A DNA stretch of 64,000 bases from the human T2T-CHM13v2.0 reference genome, Homo sapiens (GCF_009914755.1 NC_060927.1); one strand, 5' to 3'. Positions 25,573 through 40,300 are shown, counted from the first letter of the stretch. The notes: generated from the letters alone by a model not told the origin. A program made the numbers and translations.

Positions 25573-28500
25573 ACACAACATATGTAAGCAACGCTACTGG
25601 TTCACCCCAACCTTCCATATTTATCTGTTCAAAGGAGCAAGAACTTTCATATAGGAATAGAAACATGCTGGCCGAAGATTTCATCCAGAAGTCAACATCC
25701 TGCAATTATGTTGAAAAGAGTAGTACTTTCTTCAAAATATAAAATGCCAAGCACTTCAGGCCTATGTTTTGCTTATATTGTTTTCAGGTGCTCAAAATGC
25801 AAAACACAAAACAAATCCTGCATTTAGATACACCTCAACTAAATCCAAAGTCCCCATTCAGTATATTCCATATTTGCCTGATTTTACTATTCGGTGTGTT
25901 TGCATAGATGTTGCTACTTGGTGGGTTTTTCTCCGTATGCACATTGGTATACAGTCTCTGAGAACTGGCTTGGTGACTTTGCTTCACTACAGGTTAAAAG
26001 ACCATAAGCAAACTGGTTATTTAAAATGTAAAAAGGAATATGAAAGTCTTATTAAAACACTTCATTGAAAATATACAGTCTAAATTTATTATTTAAATTT
26101 TACTAGCAAAAGTCTTAGGTGAACAATCAACTAGTATTTGTTGAGCTCCTATTTGCCCAGAGATGGTCATATTTAAACAGAAGTATACGTTTTTCAGTTT
26201 CAACATGAATTTTTTTATTTCTGTCAGTTATGACATCCACGAGCATCACTTTTTGTGTCTGTTTTTTTTTTTTTCTTGGACTAAATTCAACTGCATGGAA
26301 GCGGTGGTCAGAAGGTTGTTTTATACGAGAACAGGCAGAAAGTGCCCATTGTTCAGGATTCTAATAGCTACATCTACTTAATATCTTCATTTCTAAATTG
26401 ACTGCTTTTACCTTTTTCTCATGTTTATATAATGGTATGCTTGCATATATTTCATGAATACATTGTACATATTATGTTAATATTTACACAATTTAAAATA
26501 TAGATGTGTTTTATTTTGAAGTGAGAAAATGAACATTAACAGGCATGTTTGTACAGCTAGAATATATTAGTAAGATACTGTTTTTCGTCATTCCAGAGCT
26601 ACAACTAATAACACGAGGTTCCAAAGCTGAAGACTTTGTATAAAGTATTTGGGTTTTGTTCTTGTATTGCTTTCTTTCAACAGTTTCAAAATAAAATATC
26701 ATACAAATATTGAGGGAAATGTTTTCATATTTTTCAAAATAGGTTTTTATTGTTGAATGTACATCTACCCCAGCCCCTCAAAAGAAAAACTGTTTACATA
26801 GAAATTCCTACACATACGTTTGCGTATATGTTATTTTAAACATCTTTGTGGTGAGAATTTTTTCCCCGATATTCTCCTTCTGTCAAAGTCAGAACAAATT
26901 CAGGGAATTTATTTTCTGGCAGTTGTGCTCCAGTCCTTTTAAAATTGTACATGAACATGTTTTAGAAACAATATGGAGGATGATGCATACATGTCGGTCA
27001 AGTTCAGCGCTCGACATTTTATGGAAAGATTTTTTTAACCTTACCACGAAATACTTAACTACTGTTTAAGTGAATTGACTTATTTCACTTTAGTTTTTGA
27101 ACTGTGATTATTGGTATACTGTTATATCCTCAACTTGGATTTATGGTAACCCCTTTTAGTTCATGGAGACCAAAATTTGGGGTATTTATAATAGTCAGCG
27201 CAGGAATGCACATGGAATATCTACTTGTCCTTTTGAACCTCACGAGTCATCCAGAATGTATAGACAGGAAAAGCATGTCTTATTTAAAACTGTAATTTAT
27301 GGGCTCAGGATCTGACCGCAGTCCCGGGAGTAAGCATTTCAAAGGGGGAAGGCAGTGTGGTCCCTACCCTGTGTGAATGTGAGGATGTAGACATCCATCA
27401 GTGCAACTCGAGCTCCATCCTCCTCCGATTTCTAAGGTTCCAGTTTTCTGGAGGGACAGTCATCATGTTTTGATTTATCTGGGAGAAAACTGTGGTGCAC
27501 AGCTTGTGAGGAGGGCAAGGTTGTGACGTTCGAGCTTAGTTCTGGTGTTATTCTGTCTCCTCTTCTTTGTCATCAGCCAAAACGTGGTTTTTAAAGAGAG
27601 TCATGCAGGTTAGAAATAATGTCAAAAATATTTAGGAATTTAATAACCTTTAAGTCAGAAACTAAAACAAATACTGAAATATTAGCTCTTCCTACACTTC
27701 GTGTTCCCCTTTAGCTGCCTGAAAATCAAGATTGCTCCTACTCAGATCTTCTGAGTGGCTAAAACTTATGGATATGAAAAATGAGATTGAATGATGACTA
27801 TGCTTTGCTATCATTGTTACCTTTCCTCAATACTATTTGGCAACTACTGGGACTCTTCAGCACAAAAGGAATAGATCTATGATTGACCCTGATTTTAATT
27901 GTGAAATTATATGATTCATATATTTTATGAATCAGAATAACCTTCAAATAAAATAAATCTAAGTCGGTTAAAATGGATTTCATGATTTTCCCTCAGAAAA
28001 TGAGTAACGGAGTCCACGGCGTGCAATGGTAATTATAAATTGGTGATGCTTGTTTGCAAATTGCCCACTCGTGATAAGTCAACAGCCAATATTTAAAACT
28101 TTGTTCGTTACTGGCTTTACCCTAACTTTCTCTAGTCTACTGTCAATATCATTTTAATGTAATTGATTGTATATAGTCTCAAGAATGGTTGGTGGGCATG
28201 AGTTCCTAGAGAACTGTCCAAGGGTTGGGAAAATCCAAATTCTCTTCCTGGCTCCAGCACTGATTTTGTACATAAACATTAGGCAGGTTGCTTAACCTTT
28301 TTATTTCAAACTCTCTCAACTCTAAAGTGCTAATAATAATCTCAGTTACCTTATCTTTGTCACAGGGTGTTCTTTTTTATGAAGAAAAATTTGAAAATGA
28401 TAAAAGCTAAGATGCCTTCTAACTTCATAAGCAAACCTTTAACTAATTATGTATCTGAAAGTCACCCCCACATACCAACTCAACTTTTTTCCTGTGAACA

Positions 28501-29272
28501 CATAAATATATTTTTATAGAAAAACAAATCTACATAAAATAAATCTACTGTTTAGTGAGCAGTATGACTTGTACATGCCATTGAAAATTATTAATCAGAA
28601 GAAAATTAAGCAGGGTCTTTGCTATACAAAAGTGTTTTCCACTAATTTTGCATGCGTATTTATAAGAAAAATGTGAATTTGGTGGTTTTATTCTATCGGT
28701 ATAAAGGCATCGATATTTTAGATGCACCCGTGTTTGTAAAAATGTAGAGCACAATGGAATTATGCTGGAAGTCTCAAATAATATTTTTTTCCTATTTTAT
28801 ACTCATGGAAGAGATAAGCTAAAGAGGGGACAATAATGAGAAATGTTGGTGTGCTTTTCTAAGCATTTAAAACATAATTGCCAATTGAAACCCTAAATAT
28901 GTTTACATACCATTAAGATATGATTCATGTAACAATGTTAAATTAATTATAATGGGATTGGGTTTGTTATCTGTGGTAGTATATATCCTAGTGTTCCTAT
29001 AGTGAAATAAGTAGGGTTCAGCCAAAGCTTTCTTTGTTTTGTACCTTAAATTGTTCGATTACGTCATCAAAAGAGATGAAAGGTATGTAGAACAGGTTCA
29101 CGTGATTACCTTTTTCTTTTGGCTTGGATTAATATTCATAGTAGAACTTTATAAAACGTGTTTGTATTGTAGGTGGTGTTTGTATTATGCTTATGACTAT
29201 GTATGGTTTGAAAATATTTTCATTATACATGAAATTCAACTTTCCAAATAAAAGTTCTACTTCATGTAATCC
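25573..29272 (+). other. CHL1: CHL1 3'UTR (~3.7 kb)
   Basis: AU-rich stretch with no obvious interspersed repeat, from the stop codon to the distal poly(A) signal. The length agrees with my recollection of a ~7.6 kb CHL1 mRNA. Confidence 0.8.
29247..29252 (+). terminator. Distal polyadenylation signal AATAAA of CHL1
   Basis: AATAAA with several upstream TGTA motifs, a probable cleavage site near 29272 and a GU-rich downstream element (tgtttgtattctgttct). Confidence 0.8.
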
Positions 29273-29698
29273 AAAAATGTTTGTATTCTGTTCTATATAG
29301 TTAAGAAGAATCAGAATTTACATATTAATCTTAACTACTTCAGTTGCCTCTGATCCTGGAATATCTATAAATGAAGTATAATTTAATAAAGTAAAAATAA
29401 GACATAAATAAAATATTTTGATTTCAATTACTTTATAAATATACAATATCATCATCTATAAAAATAATATTACAATACAATTTGTATTTATAATAAATAT
29501 AAATTTAAGGTGAATGTATATTTATCTGGTCATTTTTAATAAAAATGTAGAAATGTCACTTTTCAAGAAAATGTCCGATATGCTATATTTTCAATGAGGC
29601 TAGTAGATAGTTTTGATATGGTCTTTTAGAATTGGGTTACCCACTTTGGCTCAGTGGACAATCTATTGAAAATTGTTATTTTTAAAAATGGTTTTATT

Positions 29699-29830
29699 GA
29701 CCGGACATGGAGACTCACTGAAATCGCAGCTCTTTGAGAGGATGAGGTGGGTGGATCACTTAATGCCAGGAGTTCAAGTCCAGCCTGTGCAACATAGTGA
29801 GACCTCGTCTAAAAAATTTTAAAAAAAATT
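29699..29830 (+). mobile_element. FLAM / Alu left monomer
   Basis: Single degenerate Alu monomer with A tail. Confidence 0.75.
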
Positions 29831-31049
29831 ACCTATACCAAGCACTTTACACAGAATACCACATTTAATCCTCGAACGATATTCTCTGGTTTGTTAAATT
29901 AGGGGACCGGGAGGTTAACTAACTTAATGAGTGTCACCAGCATGGGCTAGAACTAGAAATTAAACCCAGGGATGTTTGACTCCAAAACCCTAATTCATTG
30001 TACCATTAATAGTACATTTTTTCATGCCCTCACTCCTCCACCTTTTCTTAGAAATACTAAAGAAAGGTGAGTTTCAACTTCATGCCGACTTATTGATCAT
30101 GCTTACAAACACCTTGGCTTTAAGATATGCGATCAAGACATACGATAGGGGAAAACAATCAATGCTTTATTGTATAAACAGTTGAATGTGTACAACCTAA
30201 AAAGTAGTAATTCAAATAAGCCAGTTATTTTTAAATGAATGTCACACATTTCATTATATTCCACTCACTCTATTGGGAAACTGAAAAAGAACAAAAGCTT
30301 TTTATTAGAAGTGGCTTCAAAAACAACTGCGCTAAACATTTTAAAGTTGATATTTGTATTTGCTCATCAAACACCAGAGTCTATGGTAGGACATCTCTCC
30401 TCTTTTGCTATTCTCATTTGTTTCCCTGTAAAATACAACACAGAATTTTTAAGCCATATATCTCTGGACTCATGGCATCCCACTTATGGAGAACCCTTAT
30501 CGCCAAGATAAATCAGACTTTAAGTCAGATAAACATATGTACGATAACCTCTCAAGGGCCTTATTTTAGTATTTTAGCATATGTTAATACAATGAGGGTT
30601 TTATTATCCTCACATCACTTACAATGTGATGCAATAATATATATATACATGAGTAAAGAAAGGATAAAATATGGAAATTCCCACGTTACCTGAAAGAAAT
30701 AATATAATGCACTGCAACTGAAATGCATAAATTCTTTTAACAGGTGGAAAAAATCTTTCATTGATTGGTCTATTTATAACAAAATGAAACATTAAATATT
30801 TTCCGACGTGATCATCTATATAAATTTTTCCCAAAATAGTTCTCTTGAATCGCTGATTCTGTGGAAAACATTATGTTTGACCAAATTATTTTGGGAATGT
30901 TGGCAAGCATAATTAAATGGATACATTTGCTGCATTGAAAATCCTTGGGAGAATATGGCGTCAAAACTTGCTGGACCCTGGAGTTCTTTGCAGACTCTAC
31001 CTTAGTTCGCTTTCCCACTCCAATGCTTTCCTAAGGTGTCTGGTCCATT

Positions 31050-31700
31050 TAAGACTTTGATTGCCATGGGCAGACAGATGACTTCAAGTCATTTTTAGCC
31101 CAGTTCTCTCCTCAGATCCGAGGCTTTTACATGTGACATTTTACTTGGCAGCTCTCTGATGTAGACAATTTCAAACTCAATGTTTCAAAAGTAAAAGCAT
31201 AATTTCCACGTTTCAAACCCTTTTTTCCCCCACTGTGCTATTCAGTGAATGACAGCAGTAATCCATCCAACCACTCAAGACAAAAACCTAGACATTGTCC
31301 TTCATACTTGAGCTTTCTCTTTCAACTCCTGTGCTCAATCCATCAAAAAATTCTGTTGATGTTTTCTCCTAAGTATCTCCTGGATCTGCCCACTTGTCTG
31401 TACTCAGACCTCTTTTATGCTGAGTGGTCTTTCTGTGTTGACTGGCTCCCCTCCAGTCTCTTATCCACTATGCAGGCAGGGTGATTTATGAGGTGCAGTT
31501 CTGTTCACGCTGTTTCCTTACTTTGAAGAACAACAACAACAAATAGCTTTCCATTTCTTCTAAGATAAAAACAAAAATCTATAATTGGCTTCCAATGTCC
31601 TCCATGGTCAGATCCCTACTTAGCTTCCAAGTCCCTTAATTTCTGGTTCTTTTTTTTCCCTTTCTCCATTCCAGTCCTGATGATTGTATTAAACAAGTCT
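31050..31700. mobile_element. L2 fragments
   Basis: L2-like 'tcaaactcaatgtttcaaaa...gtgaatgacagcagtaatccatcca...aaacctagacattgtcctt'. Confidence 0.6.
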
Positions 31701-31718
31701 TTTGCATGCTTCAGATTC

Positions 31719-32200
31719 TGTAAGGTTCATCTAGCCACTGCTGGAGTGAACAGTTCTGCATGGACCAAAGCTGACTAACTGCAAGTCAGCTTGCAACTAG
31801 CTGCAGTGTTCATGACGCACCCTTGCACTATGGCATGAGATGCTGTGAGACTGTCTGGTGCCCATTCATGCTCAACCTGGAAGCATGGAAGGGTTAACAC
31901 CTTGTGGGGCTAACATTTATCCAATGGGAGAATGGAGCTGGTCGATAAATGCCAACCTTCTCTCTTGTCCTGTGTCCCCTCCCTTCTCTCTTATACCAAA
32001 TGGTCCCATGGGACAGAGCAATCATTGGCATTCAACAGTGGCCAACTCAATAACGTATCTTCTATTGGTTCTCCCTGCTCCCTTGTCTCACGCTGCCTTC
32101 TGCCTCATGCCTGCTACCTAGGATTGCACTCCCTAATAAATGAGTAGCCCGTGTACTGATTCCTGCAGGCTCTGCTGTTAAGGAATCCAGACTAAGATGT
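31719..32200 (+). mobile_element. ERVL LTR (LTR16-like)
   Basis: TG...'gggttaacaccttgtggggctaac...gattgcactccctaataaa...ggctctgctgttaaggaatccagactaaga'. Confidence 0.65.
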
Positions 32201-32259
32201 GTGTTTTATCAGTTCCAGGTATTTTCTCATTCCTTCCTGTCCTGAGAAACCTTTAAATT

Positions 32260-33490
32260 TCTTCTCCTTCACAAAATCACTGATCTGCTTTCAAGTTTAA
32301 TATCATTTCTCCAGGGAAAACTTCCATAACTAGGTGAAATCATCTTATTTTAATGTGTCATGGTGTTATGTACCTTTGATTTTTAGCATGGACCTCTGCT
32401 GAAGTTTTACTTTTATTACATGGTTATTTGATTACCATCTCTATTTATCCTATTAGTCTAAAAGTTTTATGAGGGCAGGAGATGCACCTTCATTTTCACT
32501 GGAAATACCATCTGCCTAGCACAATGTCTTGTATCTGCTGGGCATTTATTAAATGTTTACTAAATAAAAGAATAAAAGTCACAAGGAGAGATATTCAAAA
32601 TAATTAATACATTTGAGAGAATGTCAGTCTAGATGCATGAAAGAAGTCTCTATTTGCACCCCAAAAACTGTTCTTACCCCTTGTGTTTTTCATCTTAATA
32701 AATGACTCCACCATCCACCCAGTAACTCAAGCCAAAAGCTTTAGGATCATTCTTGAATCCACTCTTTCCTCATTGTCCTACAACCAACCCATAGTCTCTT
32801 ACAGTGCTAACTCCAAAATACAGTTTAAATCTATTCATTTTTCTCCACAGTCATTGCTACCATCCTGGGCTAAGCCAAAGGAATCTTTTTCCTGTTACTA
32901 GCCTTCCTTCATTCTTGTCCCTTTCTCCAACCTATAAAACAATACCAGGGAAATCTGTAAATATAAGTCAGATTGTATTAGTGGTTTCTCAGTAAATTTA
33001 GCCACAATCCCAAATGTCTAACCACATGGCTGTATATTAGCTAGCTCTGCCTACCTTATGACCTTGGCTCATATATTCTTCCCCCAAAAGCAAAGCTTGT
33101 GCCACGCTGCCCTTCTATGTATTTCCAGAGCCCACCAAATCTCTTTCTTGCCTCAGGGCACTTGCAATTGCTGTTCCTTCTGCCTGGAATCTTTCCCCAA
33201 ATTTTGTGTGAGCTCACTTATCACCATTTAAGTCTCTGTTTGAAGGTCACTACGTCAGAGAAGACATTTCTAATTACCAACTCTAAAATAGCCAGGCTCT
33301 GTGATATTATTCCTTTTAATTTCTTCATAGCAATCATTACTACATGAATTTGTATTCTTATTTTTTTTCTTCTCTGTTCTTATTACAATTTAAGCTCTAT
33401 GAGAATGACTTTGTCTTGCTCACTGCTTTCATACCTAGAATTGGCTCCAGAATATAACAGATGCTAAATTTTTAGGTAGATGAATGAACT
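32260..33490. mobile_element. L2 fragments (two pieces)
   Basis: L2 3' ends: 'atgagggcagga...gcctagcacaatgtct...taaatgtttactaaataaa' and 'cctcagggcacttgcaattgctgttccttctgcctggaat...gatgaatgaa'. Confidence 0.7.
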
Positions 33491-34949
33491 AAAGCACTAA
33501 ATGGAAAAATACAATAAATCATAATAAGAAAAAGCCAAATTAATCTTATCAAAACCTATTGGCTCGAGTTTTTAAAAAATACTCATATATTTAGAATATA
33601 CAGTTGCCTCCACCAAAAAGCCTTGTATAGTGCATAAACACATAAAGATGCTCACAGCAGAACTGATCAAACTGCCAAAAAAAAAAAAAAGATTTTTCTT
33701 TTACAGCTGATGCCAAGCCCTTTCTTTTTTCCTTTTAGGGAAAGAAAGTCATTATTAATGTTTTATAAAACAATAACATGACATGTAAATCAGTAATTCC
33801 AGTTATAAGAATCAGTACAAAAAATTTCTTTGCTAAATGTCAGTATCTTAAAAACAATGAAGTTAACTGCAGTACAATATGCATTTGAATAATTATAATG
33901 AATTAAAATGTTTATAATATATGACTATAATTTCATAGGAAAAATGTTCATATTATAAAAAATGTGAATTCTTGCATAGAGTATGAGAATCAACTATGCT
34001 TTAAAATAAAATTTTAAATTTCCAACACTTTTTTTGATTAAACAGTGGATAATAATAATAGTAATAATAAAAAGCATACTGTTTTAATAAAAGATGTAGT
34101 TAAAATCTCAACCACTAGATGGAAGTGTTTCAAAGTAATATAAACTGCCTTACAGAAAGCATCCTACAGTCAAGATATTTTTTCCTCAAAGGCAGTTTTC
34201 AAGCTTTAGCATGTATTATGTATGTATTACTTAGTTTACACTCCTTCTTTCACTTCTAAATTGTGGCCTTATTATAATAATTATTGACTTTCTTTGATGT
34301 AAGTTTTTGTAAATTATATAGTTTTTTTTTTCCTAATTTAGAAGGGGTAAGTGTTTTTCAAACGTTAACAAAGTATGATAAAATAATCTTGTTATAATAC
34401 TTAGGACTTAACAACCAGTTTTCTAGTTTAACATTTTAAATACCGGTAGAAAGAGAGGGAAATAATGTCTGAATTATTTATATTACCTATTTCTAAACAA
34501 ATCGATATTTCTTACCTTTTTCTTTAATGTATAGGAATACCTCATTTACTGTGATAAAATATTGTCTGATATAGATACATAAATACAATAGAGTACTAAT
34601 ACCTGTGAAGTCATGAAGATAAAAATGAGTTCAAATATGTAAATACTTTAGAACAGTACCTGTCATATGCAAAATGCTAATCACACATTATGACATGTTA
34701 ATTAAACATTTTTATAAAGCTGTCCAACTGAGAAAGTATAGTTATGGTCGTGTTGATAATTCTACAGTAAAGGATAAGGCTCTATCTGAAATAAGCTCTT
34801 TATCTTCCCAAGAAAGGGCACCAGATGACATCTGAGTTGACGTGTATTGTAAATAAAGCCTTAATTTCAAAATTGAGTTGAACTTTAACTTTAGCACATA
34901 AAAATTAAATACTTCTATGTAATTGGCTACCACCCATATTAATACCCTC

Positions 34950-35110
34950 AAAGCCCAGTGGGCACCCGCATCACCTGAACGGCTTGTTAAGACAGACTGG
35001 TGGGCCCCAGCCCCAGAACTGTTAGTTTTGTAGATCTGAGGTGGAGCCCAACACTTTGCGTGTTAAAAAAAATTGCTGTCGATCTAGGAATCACACCTTG
35101 AGAAACATTG
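34950..35110. mobile_element. MER5A
   Basis: 'atcacctgaacggcttgttaagacagactggtgggccccagccccaga...cacaccttgagaaacattg'. Confidence 0.75.
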
Positions 35111-36666
35111 GCCTACTACGGTGCATGGATTTGAACATAATCAGTTAAACTAAGGAAAATTCAGAAAGAATGAAAATAACTCCAAAATATAAGAATGTTC
35201 CATTAATTATTTGAATACTCTTTTTAAAGAAGTAGCAAATTAACTTTCAGAATGAAAAAGTTATGACATACTTCCTTCAAGATTTGTGAACCAAAATTCA
35301 CAGCACAGTCATGTTTGCCCTGGACATTGGGATAGGGAGTTACAGCACACGCATGGTGTATTTGCATTTCCTGAGTTTGTAACATCCCATGGATTTTAAT
35401 ATCTGGCAGATCAATTTTATTTTTTATCCCAAGTAACACTGGTCTAGGAAGATTTGCTCAGCATTCTATTGTATTCAATTTTTTAATAAATTGAGCCAAC
35501 AGAACAACTAATTTTGAAAGGCTCTAAGAAGCCATCAGCAATTTCCAAATAGATTGAGTGTGAGACGGTAACAAAACGTAGCTTAATTCTCAATAAAAAT
35601 ATCTGTGGAATATAAATTGAAGCCAATTTTAAAATTCTCAGTCAAGGGATTAGCTGATGTTCATTATATCTATCTTTTCTCCACAATCTCTATGTTTACA
35701 TTCCAGACAGTTTGACGAGACTAGAGTTATGTCTTTTGTTGTCATAATCCAAATAATCAGCAGTAAAATTATTTCATAGATTTCTCTGCAGTGGAAAATC
35801 GAGATTATGTTTTGCCATAATTAATCAGGCTTAGAGTCAGTAAATGCCCATAACTATCCTCTATCTGCTGTCAGATGTATTTTAGTAAGTGATTGCAAAG
35901 TCCTTGAACTACAGACACAAACTTTGGTTATTGGTTCAGTTAGCAATAAAGCATAGTGTCTTTTCTTCTGTGATATTTTAGTTTTTCTAGGTAGTTAGGG
36001 AAGATACTATGAGATTGCTCATTGCTATAGATCCCATGTTCATCATTATCTATCTGAGTCCCTTTGGGCTCAGAATATTTTATACAGTTAATAGTTTTTC
36101 GGGCTTCTTGAGATATGTTACCTATCTTTAGTTATTCACATGTTGAAACTCCATTCAGTACACTGATTTTCAGGGTACTCCACTTTATGCTAGAGTTGTG
36201 TTCCTAAAGGCTTTAAATAACTCAAAACTCACCCAATTCAAGACTTAGCCTGATAAACTAGGTTTTATATTTACCAGCTAAAGAGGGTAATTCCACTTGA
36301 AAAGACATATTTACAATTTACACAACCAGCTATGAGATCAAATTAGTATTTGAATTTAATTTTTAAGATGAGAATGGTTTTGCACAAAGTTGGAGTTTTT
36401 TATGGTCTATGTCACACTATTTCAATACAGGTAAATCACATTTATATAAAATATAAACATGGTAATTATACAATTGTGTCATAAGAGGTTCGTGGTAAGC
36501 CACAAAGTCATAGACATATGAGTAAACTTAAGAGAAAGATGTTGAATAAATTATGCAATAATTATTGAACACTAGCAATTATTGATAGAATAAAAGACCC
36601 CTTTCTTATGCCAAACTAAAGAACATCCTTTAATGCATGAAGGAGCCCAAGCAGCTTGAGTAGAAT

Positions 36667-36668
<2 letters not shown>

Positions 36669-36710
<42 letters not shown>
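36669..36710. repeat. (CA)21 microsatellite
   Basis: Perfect dinucleotide run. Confidence 0.98.
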
Positions 36711-36711
<1 letters not shown>

Positions 36712-37671
36712 CTCTTTTTGTTTCTACCATTCTCCAGACATTTCCATTTGCAACAATGAATGATGATTGGGTCTGCCTTTCCCCTTCTTTTTTCTTCACT
36801 TTGCTTATTTTTCTCTTCCTGTTTTTCTGCCACAATGTAATATGCTAGACCTAACTATTTTCCTAAATAGCTGCCATTTACTGAGACCCCAAGAGCTACC
36901 ACCATGTGCAGTTAGATTGACACATACACTAATGATTGAACTCCCCACAAGAAATACTACTAGCTGACTAAGTCTATAACCAGAGTCAAAGGTCATCATA
37001 AAGTTCATTTACCACTGTGGAAAACTGGAACCAATGCCTGGCTCAGACATGAATGACAACAGGTAATAATGTGGTCATCTAGGGATAGGATAGCAAATGG
37101 ATTTCAAATATTGTGAGAATTCAGATTGACAAATGGAATATTACAGACTATTGTCTTGAAGATTCAAAGGCAGCATTGATAACAAGTATCCCAGGACGGC
37201 TGAGTGATGCTGCCATGGGTGTAGACAGGGGATTCCAGGGATATACACCATGGAGTTGAAACTTGAATTGATGCCTCATGTCACATATTGGGTATCCTTG
37301 ACTTAGGTGGTAGGTAGATAGATGATGCCTAATGCCTAAACATAGGAATATTTGTCAATGTCCAGGTTGATTGCCAAATACTTGGAGATCAACCTCTAAT
37401 GGGTTAACCACAGAAGACATCGAATGCTACTGCTAAAAACTCAGACTACCAACCCTAACCTCTATACCAATTAGCATTGTCTAAATATCTGGTCACCGTT
37501 GGGTGCATGTCTGGAGTCTCACCTACCCTCGGTTCCCAAAATATGGGTACTTTTCCTAGAACTCCTAACAAGCAAAATGTTTACTCTCTAGAACCAATGG
37601 GGAGGATTTCTTTCTGCCAAGAAAGAGCAGAGCAATGTGGTGGGAACAGCAGTGGAGCAAGTCAGGACTCT

Positions 37672-38260
37672 CAGATGTTGGTGAGGTTGTGGAGAAAAGT
37701 GAATTCTTATACACTGTTGGTGAGATTGCACATATATAGTTCAGCCCCTGTGGAAAGCAGTTTGGAGATTTCTCAAATAACTAAAATTATAATTGCTGTT
37801 TGACCCAGCAATCCCATACTGGATATATAATCAAAGAATAATAAATTGTTCTACCAAAAAGACACCTGAACTCATATGTTTATTGCAGTACTATTTATAA
37901 TAGCAAAGACATGGAATAACCCCAGGTTCTTATCAATGGCAGATTGGATAAAGAAAATGTGTACACATACACCATGGCATACTACACAGATGTAAAAAAA
38001 AATAAAATTTTGTCTTTTGCAGCAACATGGGTGTAGCTACAGGCCATTATCCTAAGCAAATTAAGACAGAAACAGAAAGCCCAAATACCCCACATTCTCA
38101 CTTATAGGTGTGAGCTAAACATTGGGTACACAAAACATTGTGAACACAAAGATGAGAACAATAAACACCTCCAAAGGTGGGGAGGGAAGAGGTGAGCAAA
38201 AGTTGAAAAGCTATCTGTTAGACACTATGTTCACTGCTTGGGAAACAGGATCATTAAAAA
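37672..38260 (+). mobile_element. LINE-1 3' portion (L1PB/L1MA-like)
   Basis: ORF2 end / 3'UTR: 'cagatgttggtgaggttgtggagaaaag...tgacccagcaatccca...ttctcacttataggtgtgagctaaac'. Confidence 0.9.
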
Positions 38261-38650
38261 AAGAAGAAAGACAAGTGAGGAAACTATTACAGTGGGAGGA
38301 GTAACTGAGAAGAGGAGGGAGTACTAAAGTACATGATTTTTATGGTCCTGCTATCAGGTTTTGGAATTCCAGCATTGTTTCTATGTGCATTGCCACATAA
38401 TTTCCCAGCTAAAGCTAGCAATTATGAATTTCTCTATATTTCCCATCAGTCGTCAACAATTTGCTAAAAATAAAGCAAACTAATAGTTTAATTTAAATTT
38501 ACCAAACGATATGCATACATGACATCAGCCGACACTTTCCATCACATACATTACCATAAATTTATCATTCTATTTAAATTGCTATGATAATAGAGTAGGC
38601 ATTGATGCATATGTAAGTCTTCTAGCGTTTTAAGAAGTACAGTTTCTTAT

Positions 38651-38850
38651 CAGGGGCCTGTAAACTACAGCCACAGGGAAAGTCCATCCCCTCTGTTTTT
38701 TAAAGTTTTATTGTCGCATAGCTATAATCATTTACATATTGTTGACGTTTTTAACCTTACATTATTGCGTGGTTGTGACAGAGGATATGGCCTGTAAAAC
38801 CCTAAATATTTATTATCTAGTCCTTTACAAGAAAAGTTTTCTGACCCCAG
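38651..38850. mobile_element. MER58A-like element
   Basis: 'caggggcctgtaaactacagcc...aaatatttattatctagtcctttacaagaaaagttttctgacccc'. Confidence 0.75.
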
Positions 38851-40079
38851 TTCTGTGCTATCAATTTCAATAAAACAGCATCAGCTTATTGTAGTTCGGA
38901 AATGCTAGAATGACTTCCAAGGGGAAATAAAAGGAGGTCTGCAGTGATAGAAAAGTGCTCATAGTGGTAAGCCATAATCAATGCACTGAAGGAAATTAAA
39001 GCCATTGATTGCAGGGAAAATTGTAAATAAGCAAAATATTTATTAAAAACAACAACAACATAACTATGTTTTTCTTTTAATATTAAGAATAGAGTATATA
39101 GATGTGCATAAAGAGTTTATTGCTTTGGGGTTCTCAAGTACTTGGCTGTGGGTTGATGAGAAAGGAATAACTTTCTTTTTTGATCTATTCCTATACATGA
39201 AAGGAATATAAATTAGCCTATAATCTAAAAAAATTATCTAAAATAAAATTACTCCTTTAAAGTGATCCTTAAAAGTGAAAACATATTTGCATGACAATAA
39301 AATTTTAAACACTAGTTTTCAGTCTATATTATTCAGTGGATGTGTTTAATTTTCTTTACTTGATGTTAGCTAGAAAAGGTCGGTTTTTTGTTTGTTTGAC
39401 TTTTTATTCAGCCTTTCTTATTTGTGATGTGGATGAGAAGGTTAGAGGTGGTCTTTAAAATGATGGGATGTCTGCTAAGACGTCATTTATGATCTAATGG
39501 CTCTTTGAGTTAGTTAACTTCAGTTAGGGTTGTCAGCGGGGAAATTTGATTGGGATATTATGTTTGATTTCTCCTTGTAGTTCACCTGAGGACAGAATCC
39601 CAATGCCTTCTTTGTCAGACACTAAAGCAGGAAGAATGTGAGTCGTTTCCTCCGGGTTCCCTGATCTTTCACTCTGATGGGTCTCTATCTCAAACTTGCT
39701 TTTGTTTCCTTCAACGAGAAGGAAAATAAAGCTACTCTAACCTGAAGTTACTAAGTCCCCAAATTATACACGTTCTTCACTACCTGTAGGCTTCTTAGTT
39801 TTCTTTCAAGTTGGTTCTTCCCCCTTCCTTGCCTCTTTTCCCATTTTGAGTTCATTTTAATGGTTTTCTTATGAATAAAACTAACCTTGCTCAATTCTTC
39901 ATTTTTTTTTTTGCATTTTAGCTTTCATTTACAATTGAGTGATGCATTTTTGAGTGAGCTCTGAAAGATTTGTGCAAGATTTGCCTCCCAGTTTTACACA
40001 GCAGATTGTTTAAGTGTAGGAGAGCTTTTCATGCATATTATTTTGTAGTCATCATTTTGCTTGTATCCTAAAAGACGTT

Positions 40080-40300
40080 TCAGCACAGTGGTTAAGAACT
40101 CCGAGGACAGTATTCAAATCCTGACTCAGGGCACTTGCTTGCTGCACAAAGTTACTTACTTTCTCCATTCCTAAATATTCACATCTGTAAAGTGAGGATA
40201 ATAACAGTACCTATCTCATTTACCTATTCGGAGGAGTACCTAAGGTAATAGTTACAAAAGGCTTAGAGCAATGCCTGGCCAAGTGTAAGTATTTATTACT
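40080..40300 (+). mobile_element. MIR
   Basis: 'agcacagtggttaagaac...ttcaaatcctgactc...catctgtaaagtgaggataataacagtaccta...cttagagcaatgcctggc'. Confidence 0.8.

Noticed and set aside
27290-27600. Locally GC/CpG-richer patch in the 3'UTR as a CpG island or internal promoter
   Set aside because: CpG density by eye is far below island level.
30235-30693. 152-aa ORF just downstream of CHL1
   Set aside because: No recognisable domain, composition typical of AT-rich non-coding DNA, and no splice or promoter support.
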